Source of the DNA: Candidatus Omnitrophota bacterium
GTDB lineage: Bacteria > Omnitrophota > Omnitrophia > Omnitrophales > Aquincolibacteriaceae
Direction of reading: 5' to 3'
DNA: 64,000 nt
Assembly: GCA_030698625.1 (NCBI GenBank)
Contig: JAUYMS010000030.1
Span: 20,016-84,015 of the forward strand
Below, piece by piece: positions 27,001 through 29,366 of this stretch. Numbering within the stretch: position 1 is the first letter of the stretch; each line of letters opens with the position of its first letter. The notes beneath the pieces are model-generated. The model saw only the letters and a program-made list of their open reading frames with translations. It was not told where the DNA came from and searched no databases. The position numbers were made by a program, and so were the translations under genes.

Positions 27001-27627
27001 GGCACTCGCGTCGTCTCAGAGCGCGGCTCACCGGAACGGTCCGAACTGCGGACGGCACCGGGCCTTCATGCCGGTGAAGCGCTTTCTGCGGTTTCGCACA
27101 AGAGAATCTTTGTTGATTTCGCGGACCTTGCGGCAAATTTTTCGGATGAGCAGATCAAAGAAATCATCTATGTGGCCGAGAGAACCGGTGAGGATGTCGG
27201 CGTCGTTGTCTACAACCTTGATCCTCTGGAGGCGAACGGCCTCGGCAAGTTTTTCGAGAGCGTGAACCTGAAGAACCTCGTGATTGAATCGGCGGGGCTG
27301 GAAGAGGCCTACCGGAACAATACCCGCGAATTCCAGGGAGAGATCATTCACCTCTCAAGCCAGGCCTCTGAGATCAAAGCTGAGACGGTCCGGCAAATAG
27401 TGCAGGGTCAATACGAGGTGTTTGCCATGGCGCATACCGGCAACGCAAGCGGGGCCCTCGGGCTGGGGCTTATCGAATTGCGGGACGGCGATCTGAGCCA
27501 TACGCTTCCCGATTATCTCGACTACGACCCTCGCGGCCGCATCTTCGTTTCCGACCCCGAATATTCCGCCTATACCGATCTCCAGGAACTCTACGACACC
27601 ACCGTCGCCTTCGCCCGCGCCGCGTAA
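16..27627 (+). CDS. Giant multidomain protein (9,203 aa) with ATP-grasp, PIMT-like methyltransferase, SNF2 helicase, internal repeat modules, an HExxH motif region and TPR repeats. Possibly 5'-partial, because the frame is open from nt 1.
   Basis: Single uninterrupted 27.6 kb ORF in the provided track. Enzyme motifs recognised by eye are listed in the sub-features below. The five codons upstream of the first ATG contain no stop, so the true start may lie outside the window. Confidence 0.85.
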   Translation: MMRQGKLVRVSFTDPVVIHEFVDYTDSAIQVNRNFQERVRKLGISMPSHPETDEYIYRKDVATMILSGLKGVNIPETTLVMADPDERLAERIRKTRAADPANLEIIEVSPRDWSIHEKVRRILDDFLKPPGREEAVLKPHHGSGGVDVMIFGRENLELAINHALRLLRSGKNLILQERIRSPLIRHEGVLKDWTLRDFIALTPEEGRTVVSDVLIRYDRAGRPVNITQFADVMTREDLVLSEMDGDFEWNRERLETLNHDLRETGEHIYAPIARLMREDGVLGEDEYPTEFMSADLMYDGGKLYVIELNNDKTGGMGWLNDHLRRRAEAGDKDAEARIGASVRDWTNYMVHRAGVYKSTILGMEAQTVSAAEIYAALPREHRDYLDIIELLAEVSDFLYLPVKPKLSAVREWDEKRLNQMKQALSRLIDGNFRKDNLREMPAKSQARLLDLTARLGIKLDPAAVRSALAPSHESAAGWRDDNTVELKRRRELFEEIEGALLRSPYAEKLAETLPGRNIEKTTEQILDAFLRTPRHLFVPDRLRERAYEDKAFHVGLGQSISQPSLMAFVLAVLDIDENKKVLEVGAGTGWFAAWMGRLAKEVYAVERIEALTELARQNIGNLGIENVSVITGDGHKGLPEEAPFDAIVVSASTPKVPDNLLRQLSAAGGRIVIPLEKGNGQQELTLITRYADEYTYTPLREVRYVPLLDGNRDDSTRSELRVTVDHMAAKLQREISSRGGRNIRVEISPSLGEWLRRDAVFPAGLFNGYASFIEALNFSPDNKVRIIFASWSDEHFNVRIDGTWRSIEEMRAFVTDKNIVVLNLREAMADPDGLRDDAYHELAHVKTFERIYDVVQTDATYYVLETLADALPYEALLSKNKTAARKHFNRVILPQMRGYTAKELRGEMADLATGRYRHAEKLIKFLFFTKRYGKEKDYEAFFERLRQHYPKRGVVTRLKTGAGKMVDEMNKALDDLAQFEKTEKTMVYDAIGASRKTAEAFLKAVSGRGRSELRESTHEDAWLTHPAETDWTKRTPSQIGLLVRLMLQRAEISIDRLMQLPAEEAERVFRATPIEPLSNGEPYTLEPLYRAYDNLREAEGSTLSTLQFLFYRNRIPFKGQESAARRHILDEHISGNERQWFSTIAQELDFEAWMHLFDTDQGQAALFLLLAKRYPDFPKTALLALISEKFMDYEERNGIEPFTREVLMGERTEKALAAYWSGNITTRLEQQEIEDLRDTIARQIIIRIHNSIWDKAHKVKRARGKSAAHKAVEIGRQWFSARLNDREHPVPRDVRTIFTRIRKHYDKLSQVNYQRHVKFQNGNGMSQLMLHQVEGIYFARHQNDGRVILGDEMGVGKTVQSLIAAEDAGAESVLIVAPTRLLANWEKEIRDWLGKDQKIAVIRGSGKAKLRQIEEAKEAGARFILINYEAMANVKESRNGDAVVDALNDWDFDFLIADEVHWVKNPSAERTKGFRKLNKKKAKAMYLSGTSVVNGVGDLFTALNAVDPERFPTFKKFVGEFTEDGRRARGTVSDPLKFAQLNVELNQKYFLRRTLEQVMGHLPKKHDLEEIHIGLDPEQIEVMEDVEEHNDLLRKGELEIDDDEELPENGKRGPSRGFGPYEIQKQVLIDLELLNGMDYKHSDPPKYRAALQKVREVIAKGDRIYITSRYRKVIYRLREFLADAIGADAISYIVSSEHDGVEQDAIVREFNENQKKKVFLSTYGIGGEGLTLKANHVLFVDLPYTPAKMNQVIGRVYRYGQEKEVYVYALVVPDTVDEDILDILSRKESLFDQIIRGKLNVEDTRKMLKHLEEQEDRRSGRKSQAQKARARIADIYNLLNEGENELAQREWDDFMELYEEAIEDVAATAATQALYSYMLQEHDGNRIDLGYKSDDYENPRWGFLASGPSVDLRVLRQMQEHFSERGVAVEGIDYYELDSSAKARALGHAWQVTKSFPNRPSSQLTYDLYNDNLPQNQFDFVSSSEIARPRPRIKNKKGISMKLWALSQMVQSATAGGLVLIWDHHGAFSKKAMDFLSNEETFDLEIINTEGSAIKIPGLDEATRNMVDGVTFILARKRSHKTFSVEDLKRIQKKWPDGLHIDRDQQLGSRIAKRRPLKMTDEAPDDKPRRGVLDVITPGAPAGLISLVQRVIKNKKRTGADQNMEERLIEVFEILRSGSRKPEDVRKLHEHLRKILERGLEPDGIRILLSRVKRYKRYQNRKDLNAVIAMLEGTLAKADDETEPREKGEKETGGKGAGASKRGRRPGNELPKIIINDGDVLQALSLQGIIFRKSSKSIRTGVHVEGATVWVDPYLIASRVLSPEERQYILQLLVYMHLELVHPDNPAAALLVGLRHFRELLDKDEVHAALQKMEPDKTNIFYFFFDSHDLPTWQEVEQIIAVDPSSVPPYRVQDILGRFTQFLLKHRSSEHLPPELPDEGAIPALLVKAGEIDGKHGKKIAAARKTQPKKMRSKHRQEESLRIVERVLAAHQITITDWNDDAAADVIRERMLTGPVNHDSLWRYFHEPLLRVNQDWRASEEAKERVQTVYRALLPMQFRAVLKAGSYRWDESREKLNEAWMNERDYLTLGEEMKQQNGDYVEDAFWKRREQDLGIKNGMNERRWAMSARAGIRKGFSEETNTEIIRGFRAYLTNPLSLFEENEVIAPYAEISVKVADIPGAKGSRVSIAFEDREVAYLGTGYSEDNLIGRWYVVQKFPSSEVEYQDKDLRAIDDILLELKYHFEKIDTLTRSQHREFVPHYSSPFFADSARLMSQLDSNELGLNRDRFGGDAMKIVNILIPILKGTGTSDEAKTAARRFLTAVAPSMADEIAEGSIDKTLLSRAILTERKIQVDYEDKYREGGFSDEEQQLETDKVRHASIMARHVAKLALTEQSQQALIADFVEKHAGDFPEGLKAEDLRIDIVWNQTLRDEGIQERAAVFASHSNVRIIRDDEVLAVLGLNFMPGDMQGRWHLSQKLYKNGKFEFPRGKFIRTGQMDAAEREAGIDLGLLRHQGVVIGRPNYKSLVLVENPAKEGQVFVLRMTTPGSLFGTAADREPVTKIDIAQDAVYRMPDSGVVLHVKDGLITVKAEVKPGAWESYHWIYHAVFDADEWPQMDFPEFSGGDFIVDDEVRDVALQKVERWSQDTTYAAITAADVADGPLFFRPSAEAAYGLAAVRNPWLDDSILIFQTDIDGRMIAPSPKPILGVDLDANETWRSPIRGVGRDGKTLYFWLHPQTGSIYWAHFEINNGASSAEPPSDGDEIVHPAYPFKEGHLEQAANARAGIIQIQDKGGRSGVRDVYEISRDVLAHDGVIVTYYSTMNRYAGVSHLHVIQSRENPNLVYIYGLDENFRYVPRDERDHLHVLDLRNPDSRTTDADRRGNITFKVINAGNALKIIRSHSDMEGQRARGEEVYAAKFVPDDEGDDDWKTIQSILNAAAVINGNAQFPHYDSPVFGEFVRKILHELSPEELGSRDGSTHRRFHERGKNLIEPLLVMAESTTAPARVRDTAKKMLIAFAPEMRRQILAGNIDRQQLMRELIGEKTEYVGLERNLQAEGSTREKQALENMRLPNARFASILARYNSALKLDAKARDLLLDDFMEKHGQGLDRETLRVEVAQEQEIEDYTSGGGFLDHVSDLVSRIRIIDGEEPLAELGVMYSEDDMQGEWRLLKDAGRESVPTGSYLFPEGEFKKNKLMPKNATEINPEDWNDGAIVFQQLGSAYAPSPIALVPSFVDPNKILVLPVTSHFRTFKETALREPLGVLDLSNPSEDYLKVSFWPDRQDLQGRETLLRVIDGGKVEVVQLNGEAVPTMSRAAFGADDWTQVPMAEVVGGTFKRGPKLQSKDPRKFAYLARKKFENGRSLMIREPEDTYLVAGQNPWDAKSVIVFRTDAEGHMLDEMDGRPILAFSTIKAGVHQVGDIHFQFDDFVVDGLMAMRKGEGEDEETAAYEATFVPGPEPYPFLGGNFAPKAGQELEGIEITGGGITEEYEISGEVLGGDGAVVTYYSSHSSYRGVSHLHFIRSRKNPDWVYAYGLDGNFRYSQWRNTPLIAINLNKRISSYARGEHMGNIEVKPNSSADGIVVHRRNQMNVETAKDENGEVQILDVSFDRRRAEVVFAAEFHPDGAESEGRLNTFKARFMADEGWFAYPYVHGRLKKTSVDAQDGIQFSRRNGSSTSKISREALAGKGVLIAQYKYTKAESEELVYYHLMLDPENSKRLYIYELDGDGRAVPADPEPLAILNLSDSQFEWSNKHSNLSVGANYGEPGFLLSVNHNKGPFGEVYRAEFIADPPAERSVSETYPAYPFAEGAFRTLATGEGMTRGHSDVFQTAEIDRSVLAAEGVVATHYVPYGPHRGVSHLHIFQDRSNPDLIYVYGLDEKFHYGQWRSGPLAVLNLADPALNVGEGVRRGNVWVQKSADKNKVLITHKNPRYPRRPDRDEGIYRVQYVSREQAKYPYAGGRLVRPAGNEATAGITFGLKAAKGSAAYELSPESLSGTGVLVAEYVRSPSWSQEIFHHHLFLDPLDPRKLLLYRLDEEGRATGEHQTPVTVLDLDEEFRWSTGTFILMNDKNGKGLSLTRRKGPFDKVHRARFVPDGGEAVPDKALERSNLVRNGVFKRLTQLRRFKFGEFTDHAASSKFRWTASVGRPQLDAGQALLVLESKLGSERTSLVAVRHSSRVGVVQIYRLGNDDRIVDARAQLVTELNAEESESLGLFTFTVKSNGAVEVSKADGRVVAYSAEFIPGESAASGDDRLLEEALTYVGGHYPDYDYLFGVFSYDDLEWPSAFKPFFEILKNPDASAQAKEFVRRIFLARAPSLYEAIVSGEILGMDEDELLKIFKQEEALWDFQQKFDGKGGEIHTAYYAIEEAQKEKGLEGVEISAVRMAGLLADSEPLVPRGPSAGFSTATQAALKNDFFDRYGALFDGLERKDLYIDYEFDVPAYENLKIARIIMRRGIDGPELAHLGTGRTFDNVQGVWHLNHELVKASVPGEYIFFRSEEPLEGERAPDGRDLILPLAAFRQTVGEEEKITGGVFIIGDRFGSIPHGDAIAVQHPDHPHLIFIFNNLGREGNIIDESYRQPQPAAILDLLDPQPVEVEGTRYSVTPDGRIRIGNANLDKRGSASVFGLVGGSLVWSSKPGQNEATGASDDIEVPLDPQTTALRELLGGDLLHKILRPDYKGADIRQAVRKLKKDKFWWPFDQNASPYARLVTERIYAATVPALADRVLSGDLDKETYNAELDRDLGGKDFSRLRRMSMRDNDGKARELSRPDKEWLIADFFSRHADALDEDLGPEALDLRIKETDSETDFLIVRRYKVQGETEALARLGTGFEFGNLQGRWYIEGGALRGAFKTGKHFGSIGDGATTVTLEPSVLDTGGVYLDSAHHDVSRGFVLPVVLRRDINRPTLVHAYMLSPQGSYGGIKSGWEYSLADIDLTKTGSEYRVEETRITVLAGGRLQISLTEKSNLSHGVYAAEFSPVRRESNAPDLAVVHDIIAAYGLHRYLGSDQFGSWARPHILHGGLDAKRWHDSFKPLLGIVNNAEADPEARRLAQRVLVALTPRLRDRIYPDGAAEQAALNVPAATELTKDDIFNWAQGKADPAVGATLVMPVTYYDEKKGGADVIPRARVEVKSAGTGKSFAVPIDDLRLKRKELKNATLAVIEDANLGKVLAIFAPDDYESWRFGNYTVTPLAVFPVTAKHNGFRQLAVPFLVDIDKLSRGELEEVRVPGHPWSYIKTAARVEPPSGKMESTTARIILKSTAFGVLVQMGFTPTAADLEKIDLESGERNMDVYVVIRQHPNRGPMVQVFRLKDYDPAKPAEYGEPIVTYAYVDEKWTQIIPAVNDIIDAAYGRKDLVETADAFEQKVAINQDGRRASITITTGTHGKNKKAFSFTFSKEEIDEFKLAENPAIVRLKVDRDYGPYIAVSARVNGEERLIGNSVEVKNEAQKTRRVDFDKEAFADFLNSANNIHGEPIAPRIYTHAHELTEQNRYMVDVLNRAQVRSLDEHGIKRPVFIPRPDAKYGWVFETHDVDTYNKDPGKKPEVVLARRPGHTTLMKVNRVSAPAEPEAKRDTEGSILDEATLLSELMSESHLQMFHEQDAMYWNRNYGEAEDIARWAERAGEWKDRWIHSDPVREASLQASIYGKLKLSSDSQKLLIRDFLDKHGDQFAIPLGAQDLWIRIFAFDKHYPDGEVRQASRIAVAHKDTGRILATLGNFHEPGDLQGYWRLEPWSNPPVPAERFKQHGFKERDYVRDADGTVRMPHINVPALLATRVANEQPGVTSGWMLTRRQRDSKHVLIAKGRSHEPGEILGVLDLTRPGSSVTLDHATFTVESNEKVAVVQAPDPALAAIATVLGSVKVKGSSTLSEGSATVRYVTDEYGARRFRHAFYDQRGSATDQSDWDRIHEPLVRVLEDPAASETAKRVVLRIYLALVPDLREMMESGTIDRARLREELRNEHKIWEHIEAKIERGHAKARGEHNYPKDFGPGFKAKRIPAGVSIRRLTPVKWAAMLANEYKIEELETGDEELLKKDFLTRHGTDFGDVLDSGDTKIRMRFSGVEVVLAEAEETVIATLGDGYHPKELRGTWSIDNEFKFDASLHQLKKILYKGAMVRMEDEIWNREIFGEIVRGDLYVLAGKAKWETVHEPMLEILRDEKASAETRRVIKLIYLAITPSLHAEILGGELWNHKAAIQNELEKEVERAGQEYRAAKAEQEFPDMTLTRQASAYARVGQNRIFVGADEEALIDDFWQQHSSDLPPWFERERLKLIATQIHIDKIHELMPHGERLYVTIAHTADDGKQTTLARLGTSFAPNNLVGQWSILWENIVMPALSREALNFEDYKQLGMGSDRAEIIVDAQTLLQSGGLFIDRSSQSERYRNLALMPGPSSKNVLLVIAVDDKAPDGDQLPLGTLRLDQPGFSRVERNETQFEVLENGQVVVRPGVFDGSIPEGYIRHNPVYQLASKKRSELRSSIQVGNPLYPGKLEMFGDAIMFQWPAEGSEDDALVLMGGKHREDQLILNGVLIRPGTKIQEMQGTMALEHVMGGLVKVTREHYAASEYPLELHNVQNPYILAVANQLFEPGTLEIVPEMMSAEEVLENEGRPARWRPLDDIDFYSEFGPVTVYTDDFLNAKELAEFQLTKKDGRYEVTGPAPEGMRVHVSGNILRVTDPATNRKIRVLALERPFKLRGKLRESFGLARSELRADNNGRVVMTTSLEGFEPDETALGAEARAHLKSFRKSDAVGRGDMARLFFDFLLQDEIDVELLDIGYERALKRYMKDRITPQIRNGLLIKVPIAGFMGDEARNLLTALLMGRVSAREVLTIAILEGVRIPDVFPDTEAFTAEQKEKQRDRAQNFSERYSALLSGKEEISISVKLPPEDEVDSLFGEISRLGRDLSEIHIFADRDLGDLREFWRASRKGTPKPRPSYLTPVEAALIVRMPQRTFESYLYHLESQQIESMDSFIQKHLVATGHIKLSDIEAKLDTAPKDLTEIIEDARRGDVFAFFDLIQRLHVQVIAFKKIKTGVDVAEKQKRALPSLARILDKHITAFEGYDEKFRAGFGRLVGYLDELLALPALKRAVLEDAFYRARMIELIETLFRNDDLATAQDRARLLQALAHLTTAEDNTHIFIMEEMELEMLGEGREIEGAIDAYITALRELSARDPKILRFLKLRIQYLSMKEHKQDAGNEDAAIAARRRRVAKTQLDAYQTVLGRIDESLLRAVTRDPVKENALDEFLALGEGSWKKKATLLAEIQKDPELKRSSRVIDEAFVGRIRQQIEKLYAAEDISQDQRDEKLHAAEAYRRALKLAEPQGASAVASSAVYFTQAEAAAHLVLEIENEVRHLFDEDPNRNPIEIYQAARDVYADSKAFLGSEQRIYFETALVILLRELYTIQRLRWRTYELGLLKDLKDLGFSSTSGVTNEDPKQAEFMRNLLGFLPGQYQVMFYPGSVEVTMDESSFKRAWKLTGNGFGREVENLSQVEIAVYNGEGAAGFYSEGFPLRLGDVAYQGITSFGTNSSLGTGDWVARHEQGHSLFRNYRIYDSFLDQSDSGAALLAPWVDKWEKEFLEGGVQDPDLREKLVRLYGDHFRWFQEEMMMKYLQAEDGHIIKPQGNIKSWFLSYINMEGYGSARARYLNRVRDPDLVEKFHNEMREFTNDKEPRIGRMLEQSAAEYLDIYEAWKDELRPEGFSERDVMRLVGYFGAFLGPIFKLRRLRKATEWAVDPARRVEGSQRSELRMDGEEELIEAREAWKKAHEALEAAGSTATLELGNFAHMEGYEGYLGAMPNVPAELFDDMYRGATLATFELNQHSFLNYLTHVREGYMGPAQGESTFYKKAIASVIRTGVKYGAGVDADGKLNNPMLRIMDDSRPSDVIQVPWGGRTLHVRDIGGELKEAAPITEQEILAGLERMDGIYHWNLRVNRLISFDAPGNTFGRALSVYEPPHESIRAVIAGIQKQFGDRLRSLGLSDDDMHSFIANDYIIPLFVSMRDVRQLKHIAGEILELIEHSQDKVPAEMRIVHLGGMAHYASLKSLIKVLEFAGRGTPVTVGKAWNDPRYEAHRHEKDDTLRERLVTRHIREIFNHVHLEDGDVRMDVDFFVERFGRFLDSGGSAYAQPFMTRQALLLRQKGELEAAEMTLMRALKIDPRDPGVLINLGMVYAEMGRSAEAAEAYAKALSLDPYLASGHFNLGNLYARSGDMAAAISAYRKAVQVQPYYLPAWQNLANTLVAVNDYPEAIKAYAQAVHLAPNDPELLYNLGILSIMTGRVNAALEIKDRLQTSEPERAAQLELYARSVLRSTALAGKLLEKRDVVNLELGKLRYGQDGRLAEGQEADIGNLIREGKYLLVQFGGYGSDAQAWARAKHDLKSFAYALTLALKDEGDQAAADVIREILYNGFVHGNKLAERLPMFLHLELDAERHDTVQKIEVVDAASLKPLTTEQIKTGKDEAKLWGAEDGIPGITARGWSYEREAIRHESLDDAIGTRVVSERGSPERSELRTAPGLHAGEALSAVSHKRIFVDFADLAANFSDEQIKEIIYVAERTGEDVGVVVYNLDPLEANGLGKFFESVNLKNLVIESAGLEEAYRNNTREFQGEIIHLSSQASEIKAETVRQIVQGQYEVFAMAHTGNASGALGLGLIELRDGDLSHTLPDYLDYDPRGRIFVSDPEYSAYTDLQELYDTTVAFARAA
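170..990 (+). other. Domain of giant protein: ATP-grasp-like ligase fold
   Basis: The motif VLKPHHGSGGVDV resembles the ATP-grasp phosphate-binding loop seen in RimK and glutathione synthetase type enzymes (VLKPxxGxxGxGV). A downstream LYVIELNNDKTGGMGW segment resembles the C-terminal ATP-grasp metal-binding region. Confidence 0.55.
1560..2150 (+). other. Domain of giant protein: protein-L-isoaspartate(D-aspartate) O-methyltransferase (PIMT/Pcm)-like SAM-dependent methyltransferase
   Basis: PRHLFVP...AYEDKAFHVGLGQSISQPSLMA matches the PIMT signature (RxxFVP...AYxDxxLPIGxGQTISQPxxVA). The SAM motif I is VLEVGAGTGW, and post-I acidic motif VYAVERIE follows; post-II motif FDAIVVSAS follows. Confidence 0.75.
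3990..5400 (+). other. Domain of giant protein: SNF2/SWI2-family helicase ATPase (N-terminal DEXH lobe plus helicase C lobe)
   Basis: Motif I is GDEMGVGKTVQSL. Motif II is DEVHWVKN (the SNF2-type DExH followed by KN). Motif III is LSGTSVVNGVGDLFTALNAV. The helicase-C motif VI is QVIGRVYRYGQEKEVYVYALV. Order and spacing are typical of SNF2. Confidence 0.85.
7500..21000 (+). other. Internal repeat region of giant protein with at least three diverged repeated module types
   Basis: Eight copies of ...L(A/I)xLGxGxxxxxNLQGxWxL... occur near nt 8101, 8881, 10981, 14910, 16000, 18661, 19741 and 20440. Each is preceded by an (L)IxDFxxKHGxxF...DLRI segment and by an HEPL..DxxAxAxxxRVxxxIYLAxxPxL helix-like segment. 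Three copies of VVTYYSxxxxYxGVSHLHxIxSRxNPxxVYxYGLDxxFRY occur near nt 9961, 12030 and 13045. There are recurrent (V)YxAEFxPD motifs and GxNPWxxxSxIxFxTD motifs. Confidence 0.7.
23800..24500 (+). other. Region of giant protein with an HExxH motif (possible zincin-like metallopeptidase)
   Basis: WVARHEQGHSLF is encoded at nt 24124..24153. Acidic residues occur downstream (WEKEFLEGG). Only the short motif is visible, so catalytic status is uncertain. Confidence 0.3.
25890..26390 (+). other. TPR repeat block of giant protein
   Basis: Consecutive 34-residue repeats carry the W-LG-Y-A-F-A-P pattern: ...ALKIDPRDPGVLINLGMVYAEMGRSAEAAEAYAKALSLDPYLASGHFNLGNLYARSGDMAAAISAYRKAVQVQPYYLPAWQNLANTLVAVNDYPEAIKAYAQAVHLAPNDPELLYNLGIL. 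Confidence 0.8.
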
Positions 27628-27642
27628 ACGAAGAGGACGCGC

Positions 27643-27788
27643 GAGGTGAAAACGAGTCTGCCCGAAACGCTCCGGATTTCTTGGCCTATCCTGCCCATCA
27701 AAGTCTTGTCGAAAACCGGCGACTTTGATACTCGCTGATACGGCCCAAGAAATCCTCCGCATGTTTCTGGCAGCCTCTTTCTCACCTC
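27643..27788 (+). repeat. MITE-like palindromic repeat element, copy A (~146 bp), with 14 bp terminal inverted repeats gaggtgaaaacgag / ctctttctcacctc
   Basis: It lies in the intergenic gap just 3' of the giant gene. It is about 90% identical to the reverse complement of 61993..62138. It has extensive internal complementarity (ggatttcttggcc / ggcccaagaaatcc and atcaaagtc / gactttgat), which predicts a long hairpin. Confidence 0.75.
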
Positions 27789-27979
27789 GAACACAAGCTG
27801 GTGACCAGACACCCAAAAGAGAGCCAGGTTAACTCACGTTAGCCTGTCCTTTTTTGTTTCTACCTCAGTGAGTGTAGGGTCGTTATGGTGGGAGCCCGAA
27901 GTATGCATCCTCTATGGCAATGCGCTGTCCTCCCGAATATAATAAAGCCCACGTGACCACCCCGCGGGAGGTCTTAGTT

Positions 27980-28552
27980 ATGGAAAATAGGTTAAAAGAG
28001 CTCTATGGGCTACTTAATGCGACTAGCCGAGAGGATTCACAATATTCAAGCAACATGATGCGCGCTCTGGTCTTGGCGAATCAATTCATTCAGGACGTGC
28101 GCTACCCAATTGAAAGCCGGGCGCAGGTGCTAACTAATTTCGTGGAAGTTGCTGTGATTTGCGCGGACATGAGCGGATCGAAAGATGAAATCTTCGCGCG
28201 GAGGAACGAACTTTCGAAGGATAACTACTTTCGCTCTGTTTTTGTTTGGAGCTACCTCAGGGACGCTAGTGATCCACATCTATGCAGACGCTGGGCAGAC
28301 CAAGAGATCGCAGCAGGGCGGCTACCGGCGGACATAGTTACAGCAGAGGACAACGCTGCATGGGATAGATTCTTTGAAGAAGCAGATAAGAGGGAGCTGA
28401 GCATCGAAGAGCAGAACGCGCATGAGCGGCAATTCGAGCGGCTGGCTAAAGAAACGTGCGAGGATGATATTAGATGGGACGGTAGTGATCATGAGAGTTT
28501 GTTGCTGGATGAAGTTGTCAGGTATACTCGGGCCGCTAAGGATTCTAAGTGA
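27980..28552 (+). CDS. Hypothetical protein (191 aa from the ATG with a Shine-Dalgarno sequence)
   Basis: ORF 27914..28552. The preferred start is the ATG at 27980, preceded by gggagg 8 nt upstream. I recognised no conserved motif. Confidence 0.5.
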   Translation: MENRLKELYGLLNATSREDSQYSSNMMRALVLANQFIQDVRYPIESRAQVLTNFVEVAVICADMSGSKDEIFARRNELSKDNYFRSVFVWSYLRDASDPHLCRRWADQEIAAGRLPADIVTAEDNAAWDRFFEEADKRELSIEEQNAHERQFERLAKETCEDDIRWDGSDHESLLLDEVVRYTRAAKDSK

Positions 28553-28579
28553 TACTCCCCGATTTTTTGGCGAAAATCT

Positions 28580-29295
28580 ATGAGTTGTATTTTGCGGGAC
28601 TGCGGTTGGGCCGATAGCAGCTGCCAAGGGGCACTTTTTCGCTGCCCCGAATAATAAGTTTTGGCGGACTCTCTATGATATAGGCCTTACGCCTCACGTA
28701 CTCTCCCCGGAGGAGGATTGTGAGATAACGAAGTATGGCATTGGTTTGACGGACCTGGTGAAGAAAAAAGCGGCGGTGGACGCCGGTCTTTCAAAAGAGG
28801 ACTATGATGTGGGTAGACTTATTGATCTGAATAATGGACGTCGCATTTCAAAACTTGATCAGAATGCTCGATTGGCGAAACATCGCTCAGTTGTACTGCT
28901 ACGTACTGGAGCGGAAGGAGCATGAGACGTTGCTTGATGAGAAAGAGCTGCACCACGACCGCAAGATTATCAAAACCGCGTTATTGGAAGGCATTCATGA
29001 AAATAGTCTCACCGACCCTGCTTTCAAACAGTACCTAGAAAAAGCCTATATTAGATTGGCAACCTTCGTGCCTGAACAAGACAGAGCAACGGTAGAAAAG
29101 AGCAAGTGGCTTCAGCATCGATTACGGTTCAGGAAAGGTATTCTTGACGACATGTCACCGGAAGACCGGCATATCTTCCGTGAGGAATCTGCCGCAGCAG
29201 AACCCATACGTTTGGCGACCCGGAAAATCATGCAAGCGATGCACAAGCGAAGGCAAGGATATCGTAGGGAATTGCGCGCTCAGCTTAAGGCTTAA
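28580..29295 (+). pseudogene. Decayed Mug/TDG-family (UDG family 2) G:T/U mismatch DNA glycosylase
   Basis: Three colinear segments in three different frames align to E. coli Mug in the correct order. Segment 1 is MSCILRDCGWADSSCQGALFRCPE followed by two stops, against Mug [23 protein letters not shown]. Segment 2 (28659..28925) is VWRTLYDIGLT...CEITKYGIGLTDLVKKK...GRLIDL, against Mug RFWKVIYQAGFT...CGVTKLVDRPT...GRKLIEKI. Segment 3 (the 28834..29295 ORF) is ...IAQLYCYVL...HENSLTDPAFKQYLEKAYIRL, against Mug ...[21 protein letters not shown]. The GINPG and NPSG motifs are mutated and the frames are shifted. The alignment is from memory of the Mug sequence. Confidence 0.5.
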
Positions 29296-29366
29296 ATCGT
29301 GCCAAAACATTGAAAGCTGGTGACACCAAAAAGAGCGACAGTCCTATAGACGGTGCCAAGGCCACG

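Noticed and set aside
27355-27816. 153-aa minus-strand ORF spanning the giant-gene stop and repeat copy A, together with the look-alike ORFs 61851..62111 and 61996..62253
   Set aside because: The peptide similarity among these ORFs is explained by the underlying palindromic DNA repeat present at both loci. They cross a real gene's stop codon and lack start signals.
28322-28627. 101-aa minus-strand ORF between the hypothetical gene and the Mug pseudogene
   Set aside because: It overlaps the 3' end of the + strand gene and the Mug-like pseudogene start. No motif, no Shine-Dalgarno sequence.
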